Origin: Curvularia clavata
Lineage: Eukaryota
Assembly: GCA_023920165.1 (NCBI GenBank)
Contig: CP089274.1
Location: 5,146,001-5,210,000 of the forward strand
Reading direction: 5' to 3'
DNA: 64,000 nucleotides
A program made the position numbers and the translations under genes. Below, piece by piece: positions 12,092 to 23,925 of this stretch (the stretch's first letter is position 1; each line of letters begins with the position of its first letter). The notes under the pieces are model-generated. The model was not told the origin of the DNA. It searched no databases and saw only the letters and a list, made by a program, of their open reading frames with translations.

Positions 12092-13891
12092 ATGGCTACC
12101 TCTTTCCAGCAAAATGGCAGCGCCTCAACCTGCCTCGAGCAACCTGTCGAACTCACCGACGTCTCCAACTTCCTCGCCAAGCCTCAGAACGCAAAGATAG
12201 CAGGTCAACAACATACCACTGGCCTGCGGCTCTCAGATACAAAGGGCATCCAGAGCAGCGATGATCCCGTGGAAAATCTTCCCTCGCCAACGACACAAGC
12301 TGCCGAGAAGCTCGAACGATGGAACCATCCTCGTTCCAATCTTTTCCGCACTATGGCGGCTTTTTGGAGCTTTGTGGTCATGGGAAGCAACGATGCTGCG
12401 TACGGAGCGCTGATCCCTTATGTACGTTGTGTTCCCCAGATTCTTATTTTCTTTTCTGTCTTCTGAACGTTGCCACGTGCAATTCCTGTGAAACAGCCCG
12501 CCACAAGCAATCTGAAAACCAAAAAAAGTAGTATGACATGCTAACTAGAACGAAAATTCATAGTTACAAGATTATTACAATCTCACCTTCGTGGTCATTT
12601 CGCTCGTCTTTTTATCTCCGCTTGCAGGCTACACGGCCTCTGCGCTGCTGAACAATACGATTCATCTCAAGTTTGGGCAGCGAGGCGTTGCCGTGATTGC
12701 GCCCAGCTGCCATTTGATCGCGTACATTGTTATTGCGGTGCACCCGCCGTATCCTGTTTTGGTGGTCATTTTCATGCTCGCGGGATTTGGGAATGGGCTG
12801 GCGGACGCGGCGTGGAGTAAGTGAACAGTCCCTTGGTTCTTTCTCGGGAGAAAAAGAAAAAACGAGGAACGGAAATTAGGTTTATGAAAAGAGAGGGGTT
12901 GATATGCTGACAACGAATACAGATGCCTGGATTGGCAACATGGCGAATCCAAACGAGGTTTTGGGTTTCTTGCACGCATTCTACGGTGCAGGTGCAGTGC
13001 TTTCGCCTCTAATCGCCACGACCATGATCACAAAGGGAGACAGGCTGCCGTGGTATACCTTCTACTACGTTATGGTACGTTCCTTCTATAAACAAACCCC
13101 ATCTAATCTGTTCATCTGACTAAAAAAAAAATCTCAGATCGGCATGGCCGTCCTTGAACTCGGCACCTCAACCGCCGCCTTCTGGCGCGAGACGGGCGCA
13201 AAATACCGAGCTGCTAATCCGCGCACCACCGACACCAAGGACAACCGGATGAAAGAGGCTCTGATCCGCTTTCCCCAGGCGAGAGTGACTTGGCTTTGTG
13301 CTCTTTTCCTTCTCGGCTATGTAGGCATTGAAGTTGCCCTCGGTGGCTGGATCGTCAAGTTCATGCTCGAAGTGCGTGACGGTGAGGAATTCGCCAGCGG
13401 TATGACGGCCACGGGGTTTTGGATGGGTATTACGGTGGGACGGATTGTGCTCGGGTTTGTGACGCCACGATTAGGAGAGAAGTTGGCGATTTGTGTGAGT
13501 ATTTTGCCATTCGCCATTGTTCAAATATTCAACTGACACACATGTGTAGATATACCTCCCCATCACCATGGCCCTCGAACTCATCTTCTGGCTCGTCCCG
13601 CAATTCTACGTTTCAGCCGTCGCAGTCAGTTTTCAGGGATTCTTCCTTGGACCCCTTTTCCCAGCTGTGGTCGTGGCCGCGACGAAGCTGCTTCCACGAC
13701 ACCTGCATGTCAGCGCGATAGGTTTTGCAGCGGCTTTTGGTGGTAGCGGAGCGGCTATTTTCCCTTTTGCGGTCGGAGCTATTGCTCAGGCAAAGGGCGT
13801 GCAGGTGTTGCAGCCCATTATTTTGGCGCTGTTGGGCGTGATTCTGGGCTTGTGGCTGTGTTTGCCAAAGATTCATAGGAAACAAGAGTGA
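12092..13891 (+). CDS. MFS transporter (Bsc6/fucose-permease-like); exons 12092-12421, 12564-12816, 12923-13074, 13138-13494, 13550-13891
   Basis: Multiple hydrophobic helices; GSNDAAYGALIPY, LGFLHAFYGAGAVLSP, YVGIEVALGGW, GGSGAAIFPFAVG; four GT-AG introns join in frame. Confidence 0.9.
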
Positions 13892-14117
13892 GGGGATAGT
13901 GCTGGTAGAGTTACCTGGGTAGGCATGTTTGAGAGAGCAAAGTAGTGGTGGGAAAGGAGACGTTCAGTGTAGTATATGGATAGGAGACGAATGGTTCGTA
14001 CAAGTGTCTCGGATTATTGTTCTGCGTGCGAATGCCCTTCATTCTTTAGCCACCCTCTGATTATGTCCACAACTGACTCATAAAAGAAGGAAACCCTCAG
14101 TCATTACAGACACCTAG

Positions 14118-15209
14118 CTACGAATACGACACCACTTTCACCTTCTCTCCATCCGCCATCTTCTCCACCTCACTATCCCGCAACCTTCCCTCTTCCTCCA
14201 ACCTCTCCATCACTCCTCTCGCTTTCTCCTGCCCAATCTGCATTCCTGCCCCCGCCGCAGCCTTGAGTCCCTCCGCCATGGCAATGACCACCTGCTTCAT
14301 CGCGCCCATTGTATCTCCCGCGGCAAACACACCTCTTACACTCGTCTCATTAAACATCTGGTTCGTAATCTTTATATGCCCACCCATTGCTTGCTCCACT
14401 GTCTCAACACCCAACTGCTCAATCAAGTGCTGTGCGCGATTCACAGTCGCAGGTTTATGCACGATGAAGCCCAGCGTAAGTGGGTCGCCCTGTTCAAACT
14501 CCACCGTCACGCCATCTATGTGACTCGGTCCGTTATTCACCAGCCGACGTATGCGGCGCTCATCGAGCGTAGCTCCAAACGCTTTTGCCAATTTAACTGC
14601 GTCAAGGATAGCAGCGTCCTGCTTGATGGGCCCGTTGCTCAGGATAGTCATGGAGCTGGGATCCAGTGAAGCCGCCATTTGCACAAAATGGCCGTACATG
14701 GGGCTGTCGAAGTCGAGAATGCCAATGGCACTGCCACGTTGCTCGTAGCCGTCGCAGCCAAGGCACTGGTAGATGTGTGAAGGCCAGTTTTCGCGGTAGC
14801 CCTCGAGCAGGGGCAGGATGTCGCTAGAACCAGTGGCTAGAATGAGCTTTTTACCAGAGTACGACAGGCCTGAGTTGGATGTCACTTGGAAGCCGTCGTA
14901 GGGAGCTTTTTCAGAGGCTATGGACAATTGTGTTTTGGTTGCATGTGTGATGGTGGCTTGCTCGAACCAGACGGTATCGTAGCGGGATTCGATTTGTGAA
15001 CGTGCTATCTGGCCGAATTCTCGGGGGTTGATGTGGTCGCGGGAGGCGACCGTGTGCATATGGGTGACGCCTTCATTGCGGTACTGCTCCGAGTCAAAGA
15101 CGAGGGCTGTAGTGCGTGTCCGGGCGCATGTGAGGGCTGCATTGAGACCTGCTGGGCCGGCACCGACAATGAGGATGTCGAAGATCTGGGGGCGAGAGTG
15201 AAGAGCCAT
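14118..15209 (-). CDS. FAD-dependent thioredoxin-reductase-like dithiol oxidoreductase (GliT-like)
   Basis: Intronless 363 aa with GAGPAG FAD motif, LILATG, redox CxxC (QCLGCDGYE) and TSVRGVFAAGD. Confidence 0.85.
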   Translation of the reverse strand: MALHSRPQIFDILIVGAGPAGLNAALTCARTRTTALVFDSEQYRNEGVTHMHTVASRDHINPREFGQIARSQIESRYDTVWFEQATITHATKTQLSIASEKAPYDGFQVTSNSGLSYSGKKLILATGSSDILPLLEGYRENWPSHIYQCLGCDGYEQRGSAIGILDFDSPMYGHFVQMAASLDPSSMTILSNGPIKQDAAILDAVKLAKAFGATLDERRIRRLVNNGPSHIDGVTVEFEQGDPLTLGFIVHKPATVNRAQHLIEQLGVETVEQAMGGHIKITNQMFNETSVRGVFAAGDTMGAMKQVVIAMAEGLKAAAGAGMQIGQEKARGVMERLEEEGRLRDSEVEKMADGEKVKVVSYS

Positions 15210-16592
15210 TTGGGATGTGAGAACTCAGAGCTCTTGATAGAGATTTGTATCCAAAAGATATATAGTTAAAGAATTTTTTCTTGAATGATGTCTGGAGATA
15301 TTCTTGTATGACCATCGTGTCTCCTGCGTTCCTACGATGCCTTCATATACCAGAGACCTGAGACAGACCCATAGATAGCTCCTATCACAAACGCTCCGGA
15401 AAATAGCCAGCACATCACTAGTATAGAGAATAACACCACACGGTGCTCAGATACGAGATGCGCTAAAGGCAGCGGCGCGCCTCATCTTGATATGCGGAGT
15501 GTAAAGTTACCGATTGGAGTGCTTATCCGCATATGCAAGTGAAATGTGTCCGAGAAGTTTCCGCTCTTACATCAGACGCACGCAAAGTTCTGAGAAACAA
15601 TTTCTTTCTAGTTTACTATTGGAAAGACCGTATAAGTTGTCTCGCTCGAAGAAAACGCGTAAGAAGACATTAAAATGCAGTGGGGTCAGTGGGCGATGCT
15701 ATAGGATACCAGTGAACCGAGAAATGCATAGAGATGCTCCAAACCTACACTGCCTAAATTTATAAACAAATAATCATTGACATCACAAGCCGACTAAATC
15801 TCTACTTAGAGCATTATCAACTCGTGCACAAAAGACTCTCATTGAGGTTATAGATAACCAACCTCCACACACTTCAGCAAAGGCGAGGACAATAGTGAAA
15901 ACAGCGCGCATCCACCACGTCCTGGAGGCGATACTGCGCACCATCTAGTTCCCTAAGCCACATGTCCATCGCGGATGAACTTACGCGAAGATCCGGGGTC
16001 CTATCAATACGAGGTGACGCGTGTCCAGCCCTCTCTTCTACTACGGACCGAGCCGCGTAGCAAATACGAGAGGACCCTGCCTCACATGAATCACATTGCC
16101 TGTGCCCTGCACTACAAAGATTCGTGGGAAAAAGAACCGTTACAGCGTAAAACTGATTAAAGATTAAACTAAACTACGCTACCTACTAGCATTGCATCGC
16201 CTGCTCCCGTCATCCCCTTTACGAACCACCCATACTAGCAAAAAACATTACCACCCCTAAACCTCACACCCACTTCCATCCCATAAAGCCCCTTCATCGT
16301 ATCTCCAAAAAGTCAAAAAGGTATAAAGCGGATCATTTCCCCCAAAAAGAGTAACAACATCGCGGGTCGTGAGAAGCATTGTGGGTACAGAAACAAGGCG
16401 CTGCCCCGTTATTAAAAAGCCCGTAGGGCACAAAAAAAAAGAAAAGGGATAATTTCCCTCTTCGTACCGAAAGATATCCATGTCGTCGCTCGTCGTCATG
16501 AGAAAGTCGGTTGTGGAGAAAGAATTACAGTAAAAAAGAACGCACAGGAGAATGTGAATGTTCACTCAAGGGCGAACAAATGGAGGGGTTCT

Positions 16593-17239
16593 TTACAAGG
16601 CAAGAACACCAACGAGGCCAATGACAGCGCCGAGACCAGCGCTGATGGAGAGCTTGGGTGCTGCACCGGTGAAGGCAGGGGAGCTAGGATTCGCGGGAGT
16701 ACCGCTTGGAGACAGAGTCAGGCTGACGGATCCAGTAGCGCTCAAAGTAGGCTGGGCGACAGTGCTGTTCATTGCAGTGGGGTACGGGGTAGCCTTGGAG
16801 GATGAAGGGGTGGGCGTGGGAGTGGGAGTGGGTGTCGACACGACTTCTTGCGGGTAGATTTGAGGCAGGAGACTCTGCACGTCCGTGGGGAGTGCCTGGT
16901 ACCACGCTGGTGTGCTACTGGCGGACAGACACGAAGCCATTTCCGAGGCGAAAGCGGCAGGGGAGGCGATGGCGTAGGATACGCTCTGTGACGGGATAGC
17001 GTGGGCGAGGACCAGGAGGACTGAGGATTGCACGTCGGGACTAAATTGCAGGGAAGTCATGTTAGCGGAGGGTAATACTACGCAAGATGTGACGTTGGTG
17101 GGGAGAGAACGCGTGGTCGTCGCGCGCGCTGATCATGGCGAATGAAATGTGGAGAGAGAACTTACGCAACAACGGGATTGTCAGCCCTGGTGCTTACAAA
17201 AAGCGCGCTGAGCGCCATTGCAACGGTAGAGAAGCGCAT
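16593..17239 (-). CDS. Small Ser/Thr-rich GPI-anchored cell-wall protein; exons 17239-17166 and 17040-16593
   Basis: MRFSTVAMALSALF signal peptide, intron GTAAG..GCTAAC..TAG, PAWYQALPTDVQS motif, TP repeats, hydrophobic C-terminus FTGAA...GAVIGLVGVLAL. Confidence 0.85.
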
Positions 17240-19211
17240 TTTGGTTTTTGTGTGTTGATTAAGAGAGCGTGAGTGTGGTTACACCGTGTGTATATGGTGC
17301 GCCGAGGTCAAAAAATGAGTGTGGATAAGCAGTTGGATACTGCAGGGCAAAACACCAAGAGGAATGAGCGTAAGGTTTGAGGGAGCAACACGAGAGAAGG
17401 GGAGATTGAGAGGGCGAGGATCCCGGCAGTATTTGAAACTGGGGAGGCGGCTCGTCAACTCACGATAGTTTGCTTGCCCGCCTGCCCATTTGGACAAAGG
17501 GCGGCGGCTAAGGGAGAGACGGGGGGTTGCAAATTTAAGATTGCAGCGCCAGTAGGATATAGCCGCGGCGAACATATTGGACTAGAATTGCGCCCAAGGC
17601 CAAAATGAGTCGCTGATCCAGGACGCTTTCTTTATGCTGTGCTGCTTTGATTGGCAGCTAGATTGGCATGCTTGGTGTTGTGCTTTTGTTGCACTGGCAC
17701 ACTGAGTATGACCATGCGAACGGCTTGAGAAGGAGGCTCTTCGTCAGCGGCGGCAGCCTCGCAGGATTGCAACGCTCTACCATACGGCAGCTCTTGGCTC
17801 TTGTCTCATTTCCCGTTGGCGTGGAGAGAATTGTTTGATAGGCCAATGGTTTGTGAGCGACGTCGCTAGCGCTGGAGTCGAATTTCCACTTTTTAAGCAA
17901 GACAGGGGTTCCCGGTAGCTGTCTCCGGGGCTACAGAGCTCCACCCACGGGAATGCAGGGACAGATGAGGTGCATACGCCGTTCTCTACAGCCTCGCCGT
18001 TGCCTCGGAGAAGTTTTGTAGCCACACGACCACGAGATGGCCTGTTGCGAATCTTTCTGCTCGAGGAGCGATATCGCAAGTGACAATGTTGATATGAAGA
18101 ATCCCGCGACATCCTCTAGTATATTCCCAGCGGCAATCAATGAAACTAACACAGCTTGACAAGTGACAGTGTACGTCGCAATTACACATCGGGAATCCGG
18201 CATTCGCCCAGATACTAGCGGCACCAAGCAACTATTGTTCTTCTTGCATATCAACATCGCGAACTTGGCGACCCGCACGCACGCATTCTCTCAGGCAAGG
18301 CCCTTGCACCAGAGACCGTCTGCTGGCTGCCGGGATAGAAACAGCAGTCAATCTCTTTTCTCCGGACTTCCTCCTTTTGCTCGAAAGTCTCTGGCTCTGA
18401 AGTGTAGGTATACACCGAAGGAGTAAAGGGGCCCTGTTGCTGCTTTGCATTGTCGCATGTAAAGCTCTGGTCATCCTGCGACAAGAAGCAACCAACACTC
18501 CTCTCTCCTGTAGTCTTTTCAAGTGAATACATGCGACTTTGTACGTGAGTTAGAGCTGCAATGGCCGAGCGACTTGAGTGCATCACCTATGCGTACTTTC
18601 GGCCATTATGCCACTGTCGACTGAGGATAAGTAGGACCTATATCCTATCATCGTCGGTCAAATGACTGTAAGGAGTACTTGAACCGTGATGCTGATCCTG
18701 TTCAGAGAGATTGCGTGTTAGGTTCATATTGCGTTAATGCGATGTTACTGTGCATTGATGTTCACTTCTTTGTTTCGTCCTGTGCTTGATTCTTCTCTTG
18801 GGAAAAGGGACTGGATCGAAGATCAACATTCGATGTTATGCAATCATTATATTGACTTAACATCCTGGGTCTTGGTCCAGGGAACCATTGTGGATTATCT
18901 GCATCGGATGTTACCGCCGAGTGTTATCCAAGCAAGAAACACAGAGCCTTGATAGCCAACGTCGCCTTCGGTCAAGAATCTGAAGATGTGCTCATCAAGG
19001 AATTATGGCTCCTTGGGCCGAACACGGTCCAGTTGATTAATCCCCTGACTTCGATTCTCCACCGCTATCAGACGCAAGGGCATGATCTTTCAATAACCCT
19101 GATGGAATGCACGACTACGCCGGTTCATTGTTTGCACCACAAGCCAGTGCAGTTGAAAGCATCATCGTGTTCCTCGTAAACCTTTTTTCGCATCGGTATC
19201 ACCACTGAAGA

Positions 19212-20465
19212 CTATGCCTTTTGCTTGGCCTGTCCGTTGGCTCCCTTTGCAGCGCTCTTGCTCTCTGCCTTCTCCTTCTGCTTCTTCTCAGCCGCCCTCC
19301 TCTTTGCGCCCTCCTTCTCAAGAATCTCGATTGTCTTCTCACTGCTTTCCCATAGTTTCTTCTGCAGCTGCTCGTCATCGATTTCCTTCCTGCTCCACAT
19401 TGACCTTCTGCATTCCTTGAGAAAGTACGAGCCCTCGCCTCTACCCCACTGAGCCTCCATGGCTGCGTATAGGAAGGTTTGTGCGCCTGCGTCGGCGCTC
19501 TTCAGGACGAGCCACCAGAGCGGCCATGTAATCATGTATAATGCCAGGCCCCAGAGAGAACCAAAGGTCAGGTAGCGCCGCATACCGGGTGTCCGTGTCC
19601 AACCTGGATCGACCATGATGACACGCGCATTCATTGGTTTCTTGTCGGGGCGATCATACTTGGAGAGATGCTTCTGAAAGGCAACAGCGAACGTCATGAG
19701 CGCAAGTTTGGAGGTTGCGTACACAGTCGAGGGTGTAAAGTCAAGTTGTCCGGGCTCAGCCTTCTCATTCTTCTTTGACTTGTCGTCAATACCCGGCAGC
19801 TTTCCTCCCATGTATGAAGCGCAGGTACCGAAGATGATTCGGACGTCGCGATCGGGAGGCTGTGCTCGGAGTGCTGGGCTAAGTATGCTGAGCAGATGGA
19901 AGTTGGCAATGTAGTTCAACCCCCAGGTCGATTCCAAGCCATCCTCCGTCTGAATTGCTTTTGCCCCAGGGGGAGTCATTGAATTCGCGCAGAGTACGAT
20001 CATATCAAGACGCCGAGGGGGTGCGTTGTCAACCCATTTCGTCGCAAATTGCCGTATGCTGTGTAGAGATTCGAGATCGACATGCTCCGCAGTGATGAGC
20101 TCGTTGCCGGTTTGGGTTCGCAGGTCTTCAATGTAGTCGACGAGAAAGGGGTCAACAAGTGGCTGACGAACCAGGAGGATGATTTGTGCTCCACGAGACG
20201 CCAGGCCTCTTACCACCTCAGCACCTATGCCAGCTGTCCCGCCCTGTTCACGTTAGTATGGTCATCAAATGACACGCTAGACACTTACCGTAACCATGAC
20301 CACCTTGGAATGCATGTTCCTCTCGGAACCATTGCTGGCGCCATTGAAGTACCATTTCAGGACATATATCACAGCAATTACTGCTGCAGCTTTCAGTATG
20401 GTCCAGCCATAGGGAATAGAATCGATGCCCTGGTCGAGGGCCTGGGCGAGGATGTTGACGGGCAT
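19212..20465 (-). CDS. Short-chain dehydrogenase/reductase (yeast Pbr1/YNL181W-like); intron 20244-20288
   Basis: Spliced VMVTGGTAGIG Rossmann motif, YATSK catalytic motif, DNAPPRRLD and LRAQPPDRDVRI. Confidence 0.88.
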
Positions 20466-20727
20466 TTTCTTGGCAGAAAGTGAGAACGGAAAGGCTTCGG
20501 GGACGCGGATCTACCGTAGCTCGCTAAGCACAAGGGAAGCAGGCACCACCCACGTGGCGTCATAGCATGTGATCGCGCGTTGAGCACCGTCGCTGCCGCT
20601 TCATCAACTATCGCTCACCAACCATTGTTCACGCATCTTCTATAGTCGTGTCCCTTATCCGCCACCAAGAAAGCCAACAGGTTACTCTCTTCATCACACC
20701 TGCACAGTTCCATCTATCGCACGAAAA

Positions 20728-21432
20728 ATGACGGTATCCTCTACGACGCCCGCTCGCAAGCGGCAGCCATTCGAAGACGAGTCGCTCGAAGACGACCCCG
20801 ACGTATCCACGGCACCCTTGACCGAACAACGCGCTTTTGGTCGTGGCTTATGGAAGAACCCAATCCAGTTTGTCTCTTCTACTCCTGAGGCGCAAACTGC
20901 AGCTCCCTCGATCAACGGCAAGACTATGGCTGAGAAATATCTTGCCATCATGTTCCCCAATGGTCAGCCACAACCAACTCCTGACGCATACCCGCGGTGC
21001 GGTATATGTGGCGAGCCCGTCAAGGAAACCGACCAACGTATACACTACCTCAGCCCTGCCCACCAAGCCGCACTTCCCCGCGCACCGATCCCATCAGCCA
21101 TCGACCGAAGGAGGATGGGGCTCAAATATATGGAGAAACACGGGTTTGACGTAGATGCACGGCAAGGTCTAGGGTCGAGCGGTCAGGGTATGCTGTTCCC
21201 GCTTGTACCCAAGGAGAAACGAGATAAACTCGGATTGGGTGTAGACAAGAAAGAGCACGTACAGCAGAAAGCAATGGGTGGCGCAAGCCGTGCAGAGGTC
21301 AAAGAGGGAAGGCTTGACGCCGGCAAGGTCAGGAAACTTGCACAAGCTGAGAAGAAAAAGCATGAAAAACTGCAGGCAATGTTTTATGGCAACGATGAGG
21401 TAGAGAGATATCTGGGGCAGTTGGGCTGTTAG
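20728..21432 (+). CDS. G-patch domain protein with a CxxC..H..H zinc knuckle
   Basis: RMGLKYMEKHGF...GLGSSGQG...K.DKLGLG G-patch; CGIC...HYLSPAH. Confidence 0.85.
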   Translation: MTVSSTTPARKRQPFEDESLEDDPDVSTAPLTEQRAFGRGLWKNPIQFVSSTPEAQTAAPSINGKTMAEKYLAIMFPNGQPQPTPDAYPRCGICGEPVKETDQRIHYLSPAHQAALPRAPIPSAIDRRRMGLKYMEKHGFDVDARQGLGSSGQGMLFPLVPKEKRDKLGLGVDKKEHVQQKAMGGASRAEVKEGRLDAGKVRKLAQAEKKKHEKLQAMFYGNDEVERYLGQLGC

Positions 21433-21990
21433 CCTGAAGAGCGCGTTTTCGACATCGAAACTACGCAATAGCCCAGAGACTATTCGAGCAAGGACTACCC
21501 TTGACGACCCACTGAGGTACACGACCAGTAGCGGTCGGATATACCTCTCAAAGAACCGCGCACGAAGAACACCGGTATACAACAACGAAAACCAAGTACA
21601 AGTTAGCAGTCTAGTATGCACAACGCTGGTGGACATTGGTTTCAGCGCATACTTTCTAAGATACCCATGGTTCGACATTCGAGCCTTCCACAGCCATATT
21701 GTCTTTTCCATGGCAACTCTTTACCAGCATAGGATCCAACTTGAAGAAACAGTCGACAGCTCAACAACGCCAACGTCATGCTTGTGTTAGGGTCGCCACA
21801 ATCCTCGGTTCATTGGCACATTCCGCCGGGTGCCCCACCTTGTCAACTTTGCAACCACCAGAACCAAAAATTTTCACCCCACCACACGACTACCATCACT
21901 ACAGTCGCCAGCAACACCAGAATGACACGATTGAGATGCTGTCATAAAGGGTGCAAGAGAGCTTTCTTCCATCGAAATCATCTAAACAAC

Positions 21991-22075
21991 GGTCGCTTAG
22001 CTCAGTTGGTTAGAGCGTGGTGCTAATACCTTGTATGATACGCCAAGGTCGCGAGTTCGACCCTCGTAGTGACCA
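21991..22075 (+). tRNA. tRNA-Ile(AAT) with 11-nt intron 22029-22039
   Basis: Acceptor stem GGTCGCT/AGTGACC, D arm GCTC/GAGC, anticodon AAT at 22025-22027, T loop TTCGACC, downstream T run. Confidence 0.95.
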
Positions 22076-22509
22076 TTCTTTTTGCGATTCTGGACGTTCT
22101 GGGTGGTATAGATACTGCCCAGACTTTACTATACTTTTTTGTCTCCCAAAGTGCGCCTTATTCGCGAGATTCGGACACCGTGGTGAGGAACTCTTCAGCC
22201 ACAGTTTTTGAGCAAGGACCACCTATCCGGAGCCGTCCCTATCATATTTGGAAACAGCATTCATGCTGATTGATCCAGCTAGTCAATCGAGCCTAGGTTG
22301 TGCATCTTTCAAATCCTACACCCGACCCAGCAACTAGTTCGGTCTCCACCCACCCACCCACACAAGCAAAACTTTTGGCTCTTCCGTCCCATGTCCCACT
22401 GGACGAAAACATCCCCCATAGTAACCGGAATTACTGGTGCTAGAACTCCTCTAATTTTCTAGCTCGCCATCGAAACCCTTTCATCCCAACTCAAGCATTC
22501 GCTTGAAAA

Positions 22510-22615
22510 GTCTCGTTGGTGTAGTTGGTTATCACGTGGGTCTCATATCTTCATGTATGACTACTAAGTAATAGTAGATATCCCAAGGCCGCCAGTTCGA
22601 GTCTGGCACGGGACA
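22510..22615 (+). tRNA. Elongator tRNA-Met(CAT) with 32-nt intron 22548-22579
   Basis: Acceptor stem GTCTCGT/ACGGGAC, anticodon CAT at 22544-22546, U31:U39 pair and TTCGA T loop typical of eukaryotic elongator Met, T-run terminator. Confidence 0.9.
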
Positions 22616-23925
22616 CTGGTCTTTTCTTTTTTGCAGTTCTTGCAACTTAGGTACATTGGGCATGTGGTGGTGATGGGTGGGGCTTTTTTTTTGTTGCGGA
22701 TAGGTGGTGTGGACATGAACGTGAAGGAATAGACAAAAGGGGGGTCTATGAACATCAATATTTGGAAGATTTAGACATAGGTTTCATGATATAGATTTTT
22801 ATAGATTCTAGAGGAATAGATAGTAAATATTGCTACTAATACACACAAACGGTTGGAACTCATGAAAATTTCGTCTAGAGCGAAAAGTCTGGTAATTGTT
22901 GGTCAGCATGCCACCAAGTCCACGTGCACAAGTCGAAAGCGCAAGCAGGACACTAGTATGGCGGAATAAACAGTTGCTTGTACAAACACTCATCACAATC
23001 ATCACCAAGTGCAAGACAGCAGCAACAAAAGATCTAGAGAATGACACAACAACCCACGCTTCCTTTCATTATAATATTAACGTTTCCCAATAACATGACG
23101 TTAATGGGCAGATAGAGGAGAGGATAGCTAAATGCGACAACATCGGGCAGCCCTCAACAGCAGGAGAGATCCAAGCAAAAAAGCCTTGCACACTTCTCCA
23201 GCGCTACACACACCGCCTCCAGCACTCACTTCAGCTGAGCTACACACACGTACAGAGTGGCAAGACAGAGCGATTGAGAGGAAGAAAGAGAGAAAGAGAA
23301 ACACGTCTTTCCTTTCCATCTTGCCATAGTACGCCATTGATAAGAGCAAACAAACAAACAGATAAAAACAAGATATCATCAAAATCCGTGGATCAGACGA
23401 TTGAGGCCAGCAACCAAAGCGAGAGAGGGAGGGGGAAAGGGGTAGAGGAGGTTAGGTTTGGTTGGACACAGACCAATACAAAAAAAGGATATGGACAAAC
23501 GATAAAGAAACGAATGTAGAGAAAGGAAAGAGGTTGGTGTTTTATATACACTAGAGTCCTCGAGATCGGGGTGAGATACATCGACAAGATGGTGATGATG
23601 AGTGGTTGACGCGCTATGATGAGTTTGGCGTCGGGTATCTGTAGCGACTGAATGCGAAAGCACAAGGCCTCCGTGATATGTTTTATGTGAATAGGGGTAT
23701 GTTCCTGCAGAAAAATGGGAAAGACGCCCGGCGCTGAGAATGCTATGATGCTCTAGAAAGAAAGACTGACTGTTGCATACAAGGAGAGAGGCAAGAATCG
23801 GTTCGCTAAAGACGATGATTTTCGAGATGACAGACATGTCTGCAGAGACGAGAGGGGTCCAGAAAGCGTTGAGTGTGGGCTCATTATCGACATGTGTGTT
23901 GACCAGACGAACAGTGAAAAGGGAA

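Noticed and set aside
14097..14120. TAG-CTAG readthrough-like context at the GliT-like stop
   Set aside because: The extension (xLGVCND) carries no targeting signal, and UAG is a weaker readthrough context than UGA-CUA.
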